A stretch of DNA of 64,000 nucleotides from Marinicella sp. (GCA_965230295.1 OZ246001.1:352001-416000), one strand, 5' to 3'; positions 1-10,667 are shown, counted from the stretch's first letter. Program-made: numbers and translations. Notes: generated by a model from the sequence alone, not told the origin.

Positions 1-806
1 TCTTTTAGCCTGATGTTTTTATCATTCAGAATTAAGTTACGGTATTCGTCAATGTCTGTTGATTTAGATTGCGGAGAAACCCTAATGACTTGATCTGGTG
101 TAAACATGTTGCCAGACTTGACATTGAAATTAAGGTTCCTGAGTTTTGTTTGCAACTCATTGAAGCCTATGCCATAACGACGCATCCGCTCATTATCTAA
201 TTTAATGCTGATTTCCAGTGGCTCAATGCCTTGCAATTCAACCCGTGCCACACCTGGAATACGCTGTACAGGTTTCACCAAATAATTATTCAGTACATCA
301 TATGCTGTCTCCAAATCACGATCACCAACAATCCTGATTTGCATCATGGCCTCATTACCGGGCTGCTCTTTTCGGATGAATATCTGCCGCACATCTGACG
401 GCAGACTGTCGCGAATTAAGTCAATTTGCTCATTGACCAACATGATCTTTTCGTCAATGTCGACATCCAAATTAAACAACATGAATATGTTGCTGGAATT
501 GGTGGTCGAATTTGAATTCATTTGCACCACTTCTCCGATAGAAGCCAAAGACTCTTCCAAGGGCCTGGTGATGCTGCGCTCTACTTCTTGAGGGGTTCCT
601 GCATCATAGGGAACCACCACAATCAAAAATGGCAACTTTATTTCAGGCCAACTTTCTAACGGCAGCATTTTTGATGAAATTAAGCCAAAGGTCACCAATG
701 ACAGGAACATCATACTGATGGTCACCGGACGCGCCATAGAAAAACTGGCCAATCTTGCTATGCCAGTGGCCTCACTGCTTATTTTTGAATCATGTGCTGT
801 GCTCAT
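1..806 (-). CDS. AcrB/AcrD/AcrF-family RND efflux permease, 5' part only (runs off the window edge)
   Basis: Not in the ORF track; manual minus-strand translation from ATG at 806 gives MSTAHDSKISSEATGIARLASFSMARPVTISMMFLSLVTFGLISSKMLPLESWPEIKLPFL, a typical RND N-terminus (RPV + TM1). Overlaps the stop of the upstream RND gene. Confidence 0.9.
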   Translation of the reverse strand, partial: MSTAHDSKISSEATGIARLASFSMARPVTISMMFLSLVTFGLISSKMLPLESWPEIKLPFLIVVVPYDAGTPQEVERSITRPLEESLASIGEVVQMNSNSTTNSSNIFMLFNLDVDIDEKIMLVNEQIDLIRDSLPSDVRQIFIRKEQPGNEAMMQIRIVGDRDLETAYDVLNNYLVKPVQRIPGVARVELQGIEPLEISIKLDNERMRRYGIGFNELQTKLRNLNFNVKSGNMFTPDQVIRVSPQSKSTDIDEYRNLILNDKNIRLK

Positions 807-3800
807 AATCATCTCGAGTTAACAATGAAAACATCACTGGTATCACCAATAATGTTAAGAACGTAGATACCAATAAACCACCAATCACGGTGATGGCCAT
901 GGGTGCCCTGATTTCAGCGCCAGCTGTAGATGCACCGATGGTAATCACCATGGGCAACAACCCCAAAACCGTGGTCATGGTGGTCATGATGATGGGGCGC
1001 AATCTGGAATGACCGGCTTCAATAATGGCAGCTGTTTTGGACAAACCCTTGTCTAAGGATTGTTTAATGATGTCGATCAACACAATGGCGTTATTGACCA
1101 CGATGCCGGCCAACATGATTAAACCAATAAACACCACCACAGAAATGGAGGTTTGGGTGATGTATAAAGCCCAAATGGCACCAATGAATGCCAGCGGCAC
1201 TGAAAATAAAATGACGAATGGGTGAATGAATGATTCAAACTGTGAGGCCAATATCATGTAAACCAAGAACACTGCCAGAGATAAAGCAAAAATCATAGAT
1301 TGATTGGATGACTCTAAATCTTCATTCTGCCCGGTAATTTTGATGTTGACCAAAGGATGAACATTGGCTTGTGCCACCAACTCATTAACTGTAGTCACCG
1401 CTTCACCCAGAGTGGTACCAGCAATGTCTGCTGACACCACCACGGTGCGGTCTTGATTGCGACGCAAGATATATCCAGGCCCTTCAGCTATTTTCACTTG
1501 AGCAACATCTTGTAATCGGATGGGAGCGTTGCTGTCCGGGTTGATGATCAGATTTCTGATGTCTTCTATGGAATCCCTTTGATTCTCCATTGTTCGCACC
1601 CTCAGATCCATTTTTTGGTCCTGCCAGTGTACTGTTGTCTCTACTTTACCCAATACTTTGTTGACTACATTGTTTGCCACCGTAGAGACATTCATGCCCA
1701 ATGCTGAAATTTTTTCTTGGTCAAAATACAACTGAACTTCAGGGTTTCCGACTTCAACACCGTCATCAACATTGATGAATTTATCATTTAATTCCAACAG
1801 CTTAGACAGCCTGACAGCATTCTCTTTCAGTAAATCCAGATCATTTCCTATCAATTCAATTTCTACAGGCTTGGCAAGATCAAAGAATTGTCCGGTTTTT
1901 AATTCACTTTGTAAGCCAGGGGTCTCATTGATTAATGTTAACACTTCATTTTGTATGGCTTGTTTGTTACTTCCGTTAAGAATCCGTAGCGTGATTTGAC
2001 CCGAGTTTTCACCACCTGACAGTGAAGATGTGTCTAATAGATTACCTTCTCCACTATAGCCATAGACCATTTCAACTGTTGCCTTATCTTTGACTTTGGC
2101 GCTTAAACTTTTGAAAAATTCATCAGTGGCTTCTAAAGTTTCACCTTCTGGTAATTTGTAATTTATTTTGATGGTATTGGCATCCATATCAGGAATCAGT
2201 TCAACACCAATCTTTGGAAGAATCATCAATGACAAACCCAAACACACAGTAGCCAAAAACATCACCAATAAGCGATTGTTCAATGCCATGGGCAAAATTT
2301 TTCTATAAATGGCAGCCAAACCATCATACAGCTTATTGACCAAAGTAGCTGGAACAGCCAACAAATACTTTAATGCCACTGATAAAGCAACAAAAGGTAA
2401 AACAATGACATAGAGCAACCGATCAATTAAACCGTTGAAGACCATTTTTCGACCAGACCGCAATACCCGACCCACCTTGGTTCTCGGTTCATAAACCACT
2501 TGTCCGGTTTCAGGGTTGTAACCCTTTTTCCGGTGTTTCATACTGGATAGCATCGGAATCAATATCAAAGCAAAAACCAAAGAAACAATCAAAGTAAAGG
2601 TGACTGTTAATGCTTGGTCTTTGAAAAGTTGTCCTGCAATGCCTTCAACAAAAACAAGTGGCAAAAATACTGCAATGGTGGTTAAAGTTGATGCAGTGAT
2701 GGCCCCTCCTACTTCAGCCGTGCCCTCCCGAACACCATCTATGGGGTTTTTGTGCTGTTTCATTTTTGACGCAATGTTTTCCAACACCACAATACCATTG
2801 TCAACCAATAAGCCCACTGCCAATGCCACCCCTCCCAGCGACATGATATTGAAACTCACTCCAGCTCGAAACATAAAGAAAAAGCCGGCGATCACTGAAA
2901 CCGGAATCAAAACAGCAATGATCACTGTGGCTAAAGCGTCCTTTAAAAATAAGTAGATAATCAATACCGCTAATATACCGCCAATCAAAGCAGCACTGAT
3001 GACGTTGTCTATCGCATCTTTAATGAAGGCTGATTGATCATCAATGATTTCAATTGATGTACCTTCAGGTAGTTGTTTTTTGATGTCATCAAGGTTACTT
3101 TTAACGGCGTCTGCCACATTGACGGTGTTGCTGTCACCCTCTTTATATATGGCTATTTCAATCGCTTCCTTACCATTGAGTCGATTGATTGACTTTCGGT
3201 CCTTATGACCTAATTTGACCTCAGCAACATCATCTATCTTAATGATTCGGCCGTTGTTGTTATTGATGATCAATTGTTTGATGGTCTCAATATTTTCAAA
3301 CTGATTGACGGTTCTGACCAGGTACATCTTGCTGCCCTGTTTGATTGACCCTCCTGACAAGTTGATGTTTTCTTGTCTTAATCGACTGGAAATATCATCG
3401 ATGGTTAATCCCAGTTGAGACAGTTTGAATTGGTCAGGTAGGATTTCGATTTCTTTTTCGTAACCACCGCTTATTTTGACGGCTGCAACACCTGTAATCG
3501 GATCTAATTTTTTCTTTAAATCATTATCTGCATAAGTCCTTAATGCCTTTAACCTGGCTTGGCTGCTTTCTGCAGTCAAGTTCAAGGACAATTGCATGAT
3601 CGGATCTGTAGATGGATTAAATCTCAATAAAATTGGAGAATCAACATCCAATGGCAATTGAACGGCATCCATTCGATCCCTGACATCGTAAGCAGCCCGC
3701 TTCATGTCGGCATCCCAGTTAAATTGCAGTTTTACGTCAGAACGGCCTGTGGTTGATGTTGAATAAATTTTATTCAACCCTTTAACCACACCTACACTTT

Positions 3801-4011
3801 CCTCCAACGGTTTTGTAATTAACAATTCCATTTCTTCTGGACCCGTGTTTTCATATTCTGTCCTGATGGTGAGTGTAGGATATTCCAGAGATGGAAGTAA
3901 CGTGACCGGCATTTTACTCATGGCAATGAAACCAAAAAGTATTAGGCCAATGGCCATCATGGCCACTGTTACGCGTCGAGTGGTCGCGAAATGAGTGACT
4001 GCATCAATCAT
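790..4011 (-). CDS. AcrB/AcrD/AcrF-family RND efflux permease (1073 aa)
   Basis: Two large periplasmic domains, multiple TMs, GLLVDNGIVVLENI and RLRPIIMTT motifs. Confidence 0.95.
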   Translation of the reverse strand: MIDAVTHFATTRRVTVAMMAIGLILFGFIAMSKMPVTLLPSLEYPTLTIRTEYENTGPEEMELLITKPLEESVGVVKGLNKIYSTSTTGRSDVKLQFNWDADMKRAAYDVRDRMDAVQLPLDVDSPILLRFNPSTDPIMQLSLNLTAESSQARLKALRTYADNDLKKKLDPITGVAAVKISGGYEKEIEILPDQFKLSQLGLTIDDISSRLRQENINLSGGSIKQGSKMYLVRTVNQFENIETIKQLIINNNNGRIIKIDDVAEVKLGHKDRKSINRLNGKEAIEIAIYKEGDSNTVNVADAVKSNLDDIKKQLPEGTSIEIIDDQSAFIKDAIDNVISAALIGGILAVLIIYLFLKDALATVIIAVLIPVSVIAGFFFMFRAGVSFNIMSLGGVALAVGLLVDNGIVVLENIASKMKQHKNPIDGVREGTAEVGGAITASTLTTIAVFLPLVFVEGIAGQLFKDQALTVTFTLIVSLVFALILIPMLSSMKHRKKGYNPETGQVVYEPRTKVGRVLRSGRKMVFNGLIDRLLYVIVLPFVALSVALKYLLAVPATLVNKLYDGLAAIYRKILPMALNNRLLVMFLATVCLGLSLMILPKIGVELIPDMDANTIKINYKLPEGETLEATDEFFKSLSAKVKDKATVEMVYGYSGEGNLLDTSSLSGGENSGQITLRILNGSNKQAIQNEVLTLINETPGLQSELKTGQFFDLAKPVEIELIGNDLDLLKENAVRLSKLLELNDKFINVDDGVEVGNPEVQLYFDQEKISALGMNVSTVANNVVNKVLGKVETTVHWQDQKMDLRVRTMENQRDSIEDIRNLIINPDSNAPIRLQDVAQVKIAEGPGYILRRNQDRTVVVSADIAGTTLGEAVTTVNELVAQANVHPLVNIKITGQNEDLESSNQSMIFALSLAVFLVYMILASQFESFIHPFVILFSVPLAFIGAIWALYITQTSISVVVFIGLIMLAGIVVNNAIVLIDIIKQSLDKGLSKTAAIIEAGHSRLRPIIMTTMTTVLGLLPMVITIGASTAGAEIRAPMAITVIGGLLVSTFLTLLVIPVMFSLLTRDDYEHST

Positions 4012-5078
4012 AAATTATCTTCATAATTAACCACATTCACCTTGGTGTCCGGAGTTAAGTTATTTTTACCTGTTGTGATAACTTCTTGTCCTATTGATAA
4101 CCCTGAAATGATTTCAAAAGAATCAACCATTTCATAGCCAAGACTGACTTCTACCTTGTTAATGTCGGAATCTTCTCCCAATACATAAACATAGGCCATT
4201 TCATCTTCTCTGATGATGGCATCTTTACCTACCAGGACAACATCGGACTTTTGGTCATAAATGATATTGGCCTTGGCAAACAAGCCTGGACGTAAGGTCA
4301 TGTTGTGATTGTCCACAGAAACTGTGACTTCAAATGTACCAGAACTTGAATCAATGATTGGGCTGACACGGATCACTTCACCATCGATTGTGGTATCAGG
4401 CAGGGCATCAAACTTAAACTGAACACTTAGGCCTTCTCTCATGATGTTCCATTGGTGTTCAGGTACATCTATTTTAGCTTGGAGTGAATCAAAATCTATG
4501 ACTTCAAAAACTGCGGTGGCGTTTTGAATCAAATTTCCAATTTTAACCATTCGTTTAACTACCACACCATCAAATGGGGCTTTTATTTTCGTGAATGACA
4601 GGTTCATCTTGGCCTGATCCAATGTCGACTTCAACACTTCAGTTTCGAATTTTAAATTGTCAATTTGTTCTTTATTGGTCAGTCCTTTAGCGATTAATTG
4701 TTTGGCCCTTTGGTAATTGTTGAGAGATTTATCATAGTTGGCCCTTGCTGATTTTAATGACAAAGTTTGTTCATCTGACTCAAGCACCAAAAGTACATCA
4801 TCTTTTTTTACCACATCGCCTTCTTCAACCAATATATCTAAAATGATACCGGATGCTTTGGTTGTGACAGTAGCAGCTCGATCAGCTTCTAATACGGCTG
4901 TAGACCTGTATGTTGCAATTGAATCTCCAGAATATGTTTCTGTTGATTCTACATTTATGACGATTTCTTCCTTCTCTTCTTTGTCTCTTGATTTATTATC
5001 CGATTGCTTATTGTCCGATGTATTGCCTTGGCATGCAGCCAAAAACATCAGTGAACTGATCATTAAGAATTTTCTCAT
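4008..5078 (-). CDS. RND membrane fusion (periplasmic adaptor) protein, lipoprotein
   Basis: Lipobox FLAAC; lipoyl half-motifs VEEGDVVKKDD and IKAPFDGVV; LRPGLFA; 4-nt overlap with the permease. Confidence 0.93.
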   Translation of the reverse strand: MRKFLMISSLMFLAACQGNTSDNKQSDNKSRDKEEKEEIVINVESTETYSGDSIATYRSTAVLEADRAATVTTKASGIILDILVEEGDVVKKDDVLLVLESDEQTLSLKSARANYDKSLNNYQRAKQLIAKGLTNKEQIDNLKFETEVLKSTLDQAKMNLSFTKIKAPFDGVVVKRMVKIGNLIQNATAVFEVIDFDSLQAKIDVPEHQWNIMREGLSVQFKFDALPDTTIDGEVIRVSPIIDSSSGTFEVTVSVDNHNMTLRPGLFAKANIIYDQKSDVVLVGKDAIIREDEMAYVYVLGEDSDINKVEVSLGYEMVDSFEIISGLSIGQEVITTGKNNLTPDTKVNVVNYEDNL

Positions 5079-5151
5079 AACGCTTATTTTAAATTTAGAT
5101 ATAAATATTTTACTTATTTAACAGTGAACTTCATGTGCATTTAGTCATTGC

Positions 5152-5182
5152 AAAAAAAAGGCCTGTCATTTGACAGGCCTTT
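5152..5182 (-). terminator. Rho-independent terminator after the pilQ-lipoprotein operon
   Basis: AAAGGCCTGTCA/TGACAGGCCTTT hairpin, with an A8 run on + (U-tract on -). Confidence 0.85.
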
Positions 5183-5201
5183 ACCATGCTTTTAATTAAC
5201 T

Positions 5202-7946
5202 TTATGGGCCACATCCTGGTGGTGTATTGGGAGACACACCGGACAGACATGCATCTTGTCCATTGAAGTTAACGATTGCGACAGGTTCTCCTTCACCGGT
5301 AGTGAATTCACATGTTCCGGTAAAGAACTCATTGATACCATCTAATGCTGACAACACATTCGCTTCAGCCATACCGTTGGCATCTGTTGCGCCTGGTTGA
5401 ACTTGTACCCTCAGTTCACCACCCGTTGATTGACAAGAACCAAACAATGGTACATCAGCGATTCCATTTCCATTGCCATCGAACAAGAACAATGAAATGA
5501 TTTTAACGCCGCTGGTATTGTGGAAAGCAGGGCTAGCTGACAAATAGATTGCACCTGGACTGGCCACCTGAATACAAACACCAAGGTTTTCGGTTACACA
5601 TGTAATGGATCCCACATTGAAAATAAATCCAGTGGTGTCGTCTGTCGTAATAACACCAGTAACTGTGGCCTGACCTGTGGCACAACCATCTGCACCAGTG
5701 CGATTGTCCATCACGCCTGATCCAATGGTACCATCAATATTACCAGTACCGTTTCCGCCAATAAAGGCCCACTCTACATTTGCACCTTGAATCGGATGTC
5801 TCGCAGCATCAAGAACACAGACTGTTACTGGTGTGGTTTGATTGGCCGGAATAATTGATGGTGATACAGTAATGATCGGTGTTAACTCCGTTCCTGGAAC
5901 TGAACCTGCACCAGGATATAGAATAAGTTCAACATCAGTTACAGAACGGGTATTGCCACCAACAGTAGCCCCTTGGCCTTTGGCATAAATTCCAGCAATT
6001 TTACCCAGTTTTGAAACAGGATAATTAATTTCTGTTGAAGCCACACCATTTTCATCAATGATTGCCGTGGCATTGATGTTGCCATCAACTGCTCTACCAA
6101 TGATGTATGGGAAAATATCCAGGTCATTGATGATAGCGCCTGATAAATCATTTCTATTGAAAGATTCTGCAATGGTCAATGAAGTGTCGGAATTGATTGT
6201 TTGGACAGTCACTGCACTTTCTAAATCTTCATTTCTTGGAATTTCCTCACCAAACACCAACAAGGTGTCGGCTGGTTGGACATCCGCAGTACCATTGATG
6301 AAATCTCCACTTAATGCAGTAAATAGACTACCACCTTCCTGAGGGTCACCATCAGGCCCAGAATTAATAAAAGTACCAGGACCATCTTGTGGAAAGCCTG
6401 CGACAGGACTGTCAATCAATCCGAATTGTACAGTTTGTGGTAAAGCAGGATTGCCGCCTTTATCGGTACCAATCGCGCTGACAGTCAGGGTATATGACCC
6501 ATCTAAATTACCAATCCCATTTTGATTGACTACACCACCATCTACATTATTGATGAACAAATTACCTATGTTAGGGCTGGTGATATCTAACCCAAACAAA
6601 ACACCATCACTGATTGCAAAATTATCTTGTGCCGTGATTGGGTCTTGTAAACCGTTGTCTACATTGTTATCTGCCCTATCAGTGGTCACTGTCATGATAA
6701 CTGTATTTGGCGAGTTACCACTTAACAATTGGAAAGATGCCACACCATTGATGGTATCAACACTTATGGTTTGGCCTTCTACCGGCAAACCTTGTGCATT
6801 AACACCTGTAACTTTCTCGCCGCTGTTTGCCGCATCAGTAGTGATATCGACCATAACATTGTTAAATCCATTCGGATTAGGAACGGGTACGTTTGGTGCC
6901 GAATCAACAAACGCCTGCACTACTTGGCTTTGCGGACCACCGGAACCGTTGATGTAGTTTGCTCCAGATCCAGCCAATGCAATTGATGTTGGTTGATCAA
7001 TAGGTCCACTATCAACCAGAATATCAACTTGTGTACTGATTTCCATATTCGTGAATTGATCGAATGCAGTGACTGTAATCGTGGCCACGCCGGGTTGATC
7101 AGCCCATATAAATATGGTTCCCTTACCAGCAACCATGTCAACAGGACCTTGGCCTAATAATATAAATATTTCATTCTCTTCTGTCAGTGGATCACCATCA
7201 TCAGTGGTTTCCGGGTCATCCAATGTCGAAAATGCAGCCACCAGTACCGGATTAATGGCCACACCTACAGTTGATGTTTCACCAGTAGTCAATGGGTTGA
7301 TGAAGTTTCCTAAAGGATCTCTGAATGAAATGGCTGCTTCAGTCATATACACCGTACCGATGGCTTGTCTTGGTGACAAGTTGAACACATTGGCAGGTAA
7401 AGTAGTTGTAACAGGTTCAATTGACAAACGGTCAAATGGTTCAGGACCAGGTAAAATTGAATAAGTAAAATTAGCTGTCGATGTCCTTCCTGTTTGTGGA
7501 TCAACCGCAGATGCTGTCAATGTGACATTTCCAGCTGATACACCGTGGATGAAAAAGGTACCATTACCGCCACTTGCCTCAGTTCCAATAGAGCCAAAAA
7601 ATGAAGCAAATTCATCAACATCAGTGGTTTCCGGGTCATCCAAAGTCGAAATTGGCGCCACTTGAACATTTGAAGTTGAAAGTTGAATGTTGGTTGTGTC
7701 CGGAACAGGCGTGCCATTGTCAAAAGTCACATTAACATTCAATTGTGTTAAAAATGGAGAATCTATCAATATAGGATAATCATTGGTATTTGCAGGAACA
7801 TTCGCTTTCACTGCTGAAAATGTGATTCTCAGGTTTGACACCGATGGACCAGGAGAGGCTCCACCACTGTCACTACTCCCACCACAGGCCGACAACAGGA
7901 CAGCCACTAATGTACATACAATCAAATTTTTTGCGTATTTAAACAT
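5202..7946 (-). CDS. Large lipoprotein with tandem Ig-like (invasin/Big-1-like) domains, 914 aa
   Basis: Lipobox LLSAC followed by a GGSSDSGG linker; beta-rich Gly/Thr/Asp sequence; repeated ~140-aa units with STLDDPETTD; Big-1-like motifs VLDAARHPIQGANVEW and FDGNGNGIADVP. The domain call is by pattern only. Confidence 0.7.
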   Translation of the reverse strand: MFKYAKNLIVCTLVAVLLSACGGSSDSGGASPGPSVSNLRITFSAVKANVPANTNDYPILIDSPFLTQLNVNVTFDNGTPVPDTTNIQLSTSNVQVAPISTLDDPETTDVDEFASFFGSIGTEASGGNGTFFIHGVSAGNVTLTASAVDPQTGRTSTANFTYSILPGPEPFDRLSIEPVTTTLPANVFNLSPRQAIGTVYMTEAAISFRDPLGNFINPLTTGETSTVGVAINPVLVAAFSTLDDPETTDDGDPLTEENEIFILLGQGPVDMVAGKGTIFIWADQPGVATITVTAFDQFTNMEISTQVDILVDSGPIDQPTSIALAGSGANYINGSGGPQSQVVQAFVDSAPNVPVPNPNGFNNVMVDITTDAANSGEKVTGVNAQGLPVEGQTISVDTINGVASFQLLSGNSPNTVIMTVTTDRADNNVDNGLQDPITAQDNFAISDGVLFGLDITSPNIGNLFINNVDGGVVNQNGIGNLDGSYTLTVSAIGTDKGGNPALPQTVQFGLIDSPVAGFPQDGPGTFINSGPDGDPQEGGSLFTALSGDFINGTADVQPADTLLVFGEEIPRNEDLESAVTVQTINSDTSLTIAESFNRNDLSGAIINDLDIFPYIIGRAVDGNINATAIIDENGVASTEINYPVSKLGKIAGIYAKGQGATVGGNTRSVTDVELILYPGAGSVPGTELTPIITVSPSIIPANQTTPVTVCVLDAARHPIQGANVEWAFIGGNGTGNIDGTIGSGVMDNRTGADGCATGQATVTGVITTDDTTGFIFNVGSITCVTENLGVCIQVASPGAIYLSASPAFHNTSGVKIISLFLFDGNGNGIADVPLFGSCQSTGGELRVQVQPGATDANGMAEANVLSALDGINEFFTGTCEFTTGEGEPVAIVNFNGQDACLSGVSPNTPPGCGP
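7199..7651. repeat. 33-nt direct repeat (7199-7231 and 7619-7651), 420 nt apart, inside the Ig-like lipoprotein gene
   Basis: CATCAGTGGTTTCCGGGTCATCCAA(T/A)GTCGAAA, 32/33 identical; encodes STLDDPETTD on -. Confidence 0.9.
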
Positions 7947-7965
7947 ATTTAACCTTCAGTTAATT

Positions 7966-10149
7966 TTATAAACTTTCTTTAATAATTGTTGGAGTCACAA
8001 ATATCAATAACTCCGCCTTGTCATCTTGTATAGCTTTATTTCGGAATAGCCCACCTATACCAGGAATGTCACCTAAAACAGGAACTTTAGACTTGGTGGT
8101 TCTTCTGATTTGCTCATAAATCCCACCCAGAACAACAGTTTGTCCATTATTCACCAACACCCTGGTTTCTACAGAACGGGTATCAATAGATGGAATGCTG
8201 CCGCCTAATGAAGTTGACACCTCTTGACCGATGGCATCTTGATCAACTTTTAATGTTAAGTCAACCCTTTCATCAGGTGTAATCAGAGGAACAACACTCA
8301 AAGACAAAACAGCATCTCTGAATGTGATTGACGTGGCTCCACTTGAAGTGGCTTGTTCATATGGGATTTGTACACCTTGTTTTATGACAGCTTGAGATTG
8401 ATTGGCTGTTATGACCCTTGGAGAAGAAATGACTTCACCACGGTCTTCGGACTCTAATGCGGACAATTCCAAATCCAGCAAAAAGTCTGCAGCCAATATA
8501 CTGGCAGCCCATCTCCCAGCCGTTGAAGAAGCTGATGGTAAGTTAACATTCAAGCGTTCACCTAAAGGTGGGCCAGCAATTACTTCAGCCAATTCGCTGT
8601 CAGGTGTCAATGTTGGCAAACCAGATCCACTGGGTGATGTATACCTTCTGTTCAAAGCAGCATTATTGAGTCTGTCAACAGCAATGGCACTACCACCTGT
8701 ACTGATGATGTTGCCGTATTTGTCTTCATGCGAACCTGTGACACCAAATCGGACACCCAGTTCATCACCAAACCTTTCTGAAGCCACCACAATTCTTGAT
8801 TCTATTTGTACTTGTTGTACAGAGCGGTCTAATGTCGCCACTAAATCCTGAATAATAATTAATCGATCTGGCACATCATTGACTAATAAAGTATTGGTTC
8901 TTTCATCAAACGCTACAGAACCACGATCAGACAACAAAGTATTGCCAGATCCTTCACCAGCTTCACCACCCGAACCGCTGATCAATTGTGCCAATTCTTC
9001 TGCTTTGGCATAGTTAACCTGGATAAAAATGTTGTCTAGTGGCTCCAACTCTTCCTTTTTACTCAAGGCTTCAAGTTTTTCTTGTTCTCTGGCTGCAATC
9101 TCAGCTGCAGGTGCAACCCAAATCACATTACCACGGCGTCTTTGATCTAATTGCTTACTTTGTAAAACTATATCAAGTGCCTGGTCCCATGGCACATCAT
9201 TTAACCTCAATGTCACATTTCCAACCACATTATCAGCCACTACAATGTTGAGCTGAGAGGCATCAGCAATCAATTGAATCACAGATCTGACCGGGATGTC
9301 TTGGAAGTTAAACCCAACCAAATTACCTGTATAAACAGGCTCATCATCAATCAATTTTGAGCTGTTAGCCAAATCTTGATCAACTTCACTGATCTCAATT
9401 GTATATTGATTACCTGTTTGATAAACAACCTTATCAAAAGGACCTGATACTTCCACATCTATTTTGACATCTGTTCCAGATTGTCTGGCATCAACAAAAG
9501 TAACGGGTGTGGCAAAGTCAATCACGTCCATTTTCTTATCCATCGCTTCGGATAATTGGCTGTTGGCAATTTCTATGGTTACTTTTCCTAAAGTTTCACT
9601 GTAATTGATGACTGCATCAGTATTCGAAAATCCGACTTGGACAACACCTTGTCCATCCGCACCTCTTCTGAAATCAACCATATTAACTTCAGTGACACCC
9701 GCAACTCGAGTTCTGGTGATGTCTCTTTCACTCATTAATGACACACTGACCACATTGTTATTGACACTGATTTCGTGTTTCATTTGATTCATTAAATCAA
9801 TAACAACTCTGGTTTTATCATTACTTGAAACGACGCGCAATCCTTTGGCTCCGCCAGTACCAATGGCCATATTTCTTTTACTGCTACCATTCATGGTCTG
9901 GGAAAAGTCTAAGGCCAACCTCGGTGGTAAATTTGTTGAAAAAACTTCAGGCTGGACAACAGCATCACTGAACTTGAAATCTACGATAACACTTCCATTA
10001 GCCCCTGTTCTTATATCAATGTCCTCAATTGTTGACTGGGCAAATGATTGATTGATAACAAAGAAACAAAACAAACAGAATGTCACTAGTTTTTTGTTCA
10101 CTGTATTCAAAGTTAAATTATTCATTTTCATAAATTCACTCACATTCAT
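7966..10149 (-). CDS. pilQ: Type IV pilus secretin PilQ
   Basis: AMIN domains, FQDIPVRSV STN motif, VPWDQALD, secretin C-terminus KVPVLGDIPGIGGLF...ELLIFVTP; last gene of pilMNOP. Confidence 0.97.
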   Translation of the reverse strand: MNVSEFMKMNNLTLNTVNKKLVTFCLFCFFVINQSFAQSTIEDIDIRTGANGSVIVDFKFSDAVVQPEVFSTNLPPRLALDFSQTMNGSSKRNMAIGTGGAKGLRVVSSNDKTRVVIDLMNQMKHEISVNNNVVSVSLMSERDITRTRVAGVTEVNMVDFRRGADGQGVVQVGFSNTDAVINYSETLGKVTIEIANSQLSEAMDKKMDVIDFATPVTFVDARQSGTDVKIDVEVSGPFDKVVYQTGNQYTIEISEVDQDLANSSKLIDDEPVYTGNLVGFNFQDIPVRSVIQLIADASQLNIVVADNVVGNVTLRLNDVPWDQALDIVLQSKQLDQRRRGNVIWVAPAAEIAAREQEKLEALSKKEELEPLDNIFIQVNYAKAEELAQLISGSGGEAGEGSGNTLLSDRGSVAFDERTNTLLVNDVPDRLIIIQDLVATLDRSVQQVQIESRIVVASERFGDELGVRFGVTGSHEDKYGNIISTGGSAIAVDRLNNAALNRRYTSPSGSGLPTLTPDSELAEVIAGPPLGERLNVNLPSASSTAGRWAASILAADFLLDLELSALESEDRGEVISSPRVITANQSQAVIKQGVQIPYEQATSSGATSITFRDAVLSLSVVPLITPDERVDLTLKVDQDAIGQEVSTSLGGSIPSIDTRSVETRVLVNNGQTVVLGGIYEQIRRTTKSKVPVLGDIPGIGGLFRNKAIQDDKAELLIFVTPTIIKESL

Positions 10150-10667
10150 TCTTCTTTCAAAGCCATTGCTGCATTGCGTTCACGCCATGCGCCTAAGCCG
10201 TCATTAATCCATTCTTGAATTTGGATTTCATTTTCATAAATTGCCAATACCTGACCGTGGTTGTGGCCCAAATAATGGCCTTGGGACACACGGTGTAAGG
10301 TTCCTTCTGGGTCAACAACTATGGCCCAATAATCATTTTCTTGTTGATATGTTCCTACCATCAACAAACTATCTAATGGATAAGACTCTAAAAATTCTTT
10401 TCTACGTGTTAAATCTGGGCCTCTGCCATCTTCTGTAATAGCCAATGCAGCTTGTTCAACTTCATCAGCCACTTCCAAATCATTTGAAAATGGATCTCTA
10501 GATGCATTGGCATTGTATTCAAACACTTCATGCGGCTTGAGCTGTGGTAAAGGGTCAATGGGTTTGACTGGTTTGGTTTTTTGATGGGCAATGAATTCAT
10601 TCAAATCATCAAAACCATTGTTACAACCCATTAAAAACAGAAACATCAAAATAACTGAATTTCTCAT
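10146..10667 (-). CDS. pilP: Type IV pilus lipoprotein PilP
   Basis: Lipobox LMGC, RDPF, RRKEFLESYPLDSL, GHYLGHNHG. Confidence 0.95.
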   Translation of the reverse strand: MRNSVILMFLFLMGCNNGFDDLNEFIAHQKTKPVKPIDPLPQLKPHEVFEYNANASRDPFSNDLEVADEVEQAALAITEDGRGPDLTRRKEFLESYPLDSLLMVGTYQQENDYWAIVVDPEGTLHRVSQGHYLGHNHGQVLAIYENEIQIQEWINDGLGAWRERNAAMALKEE

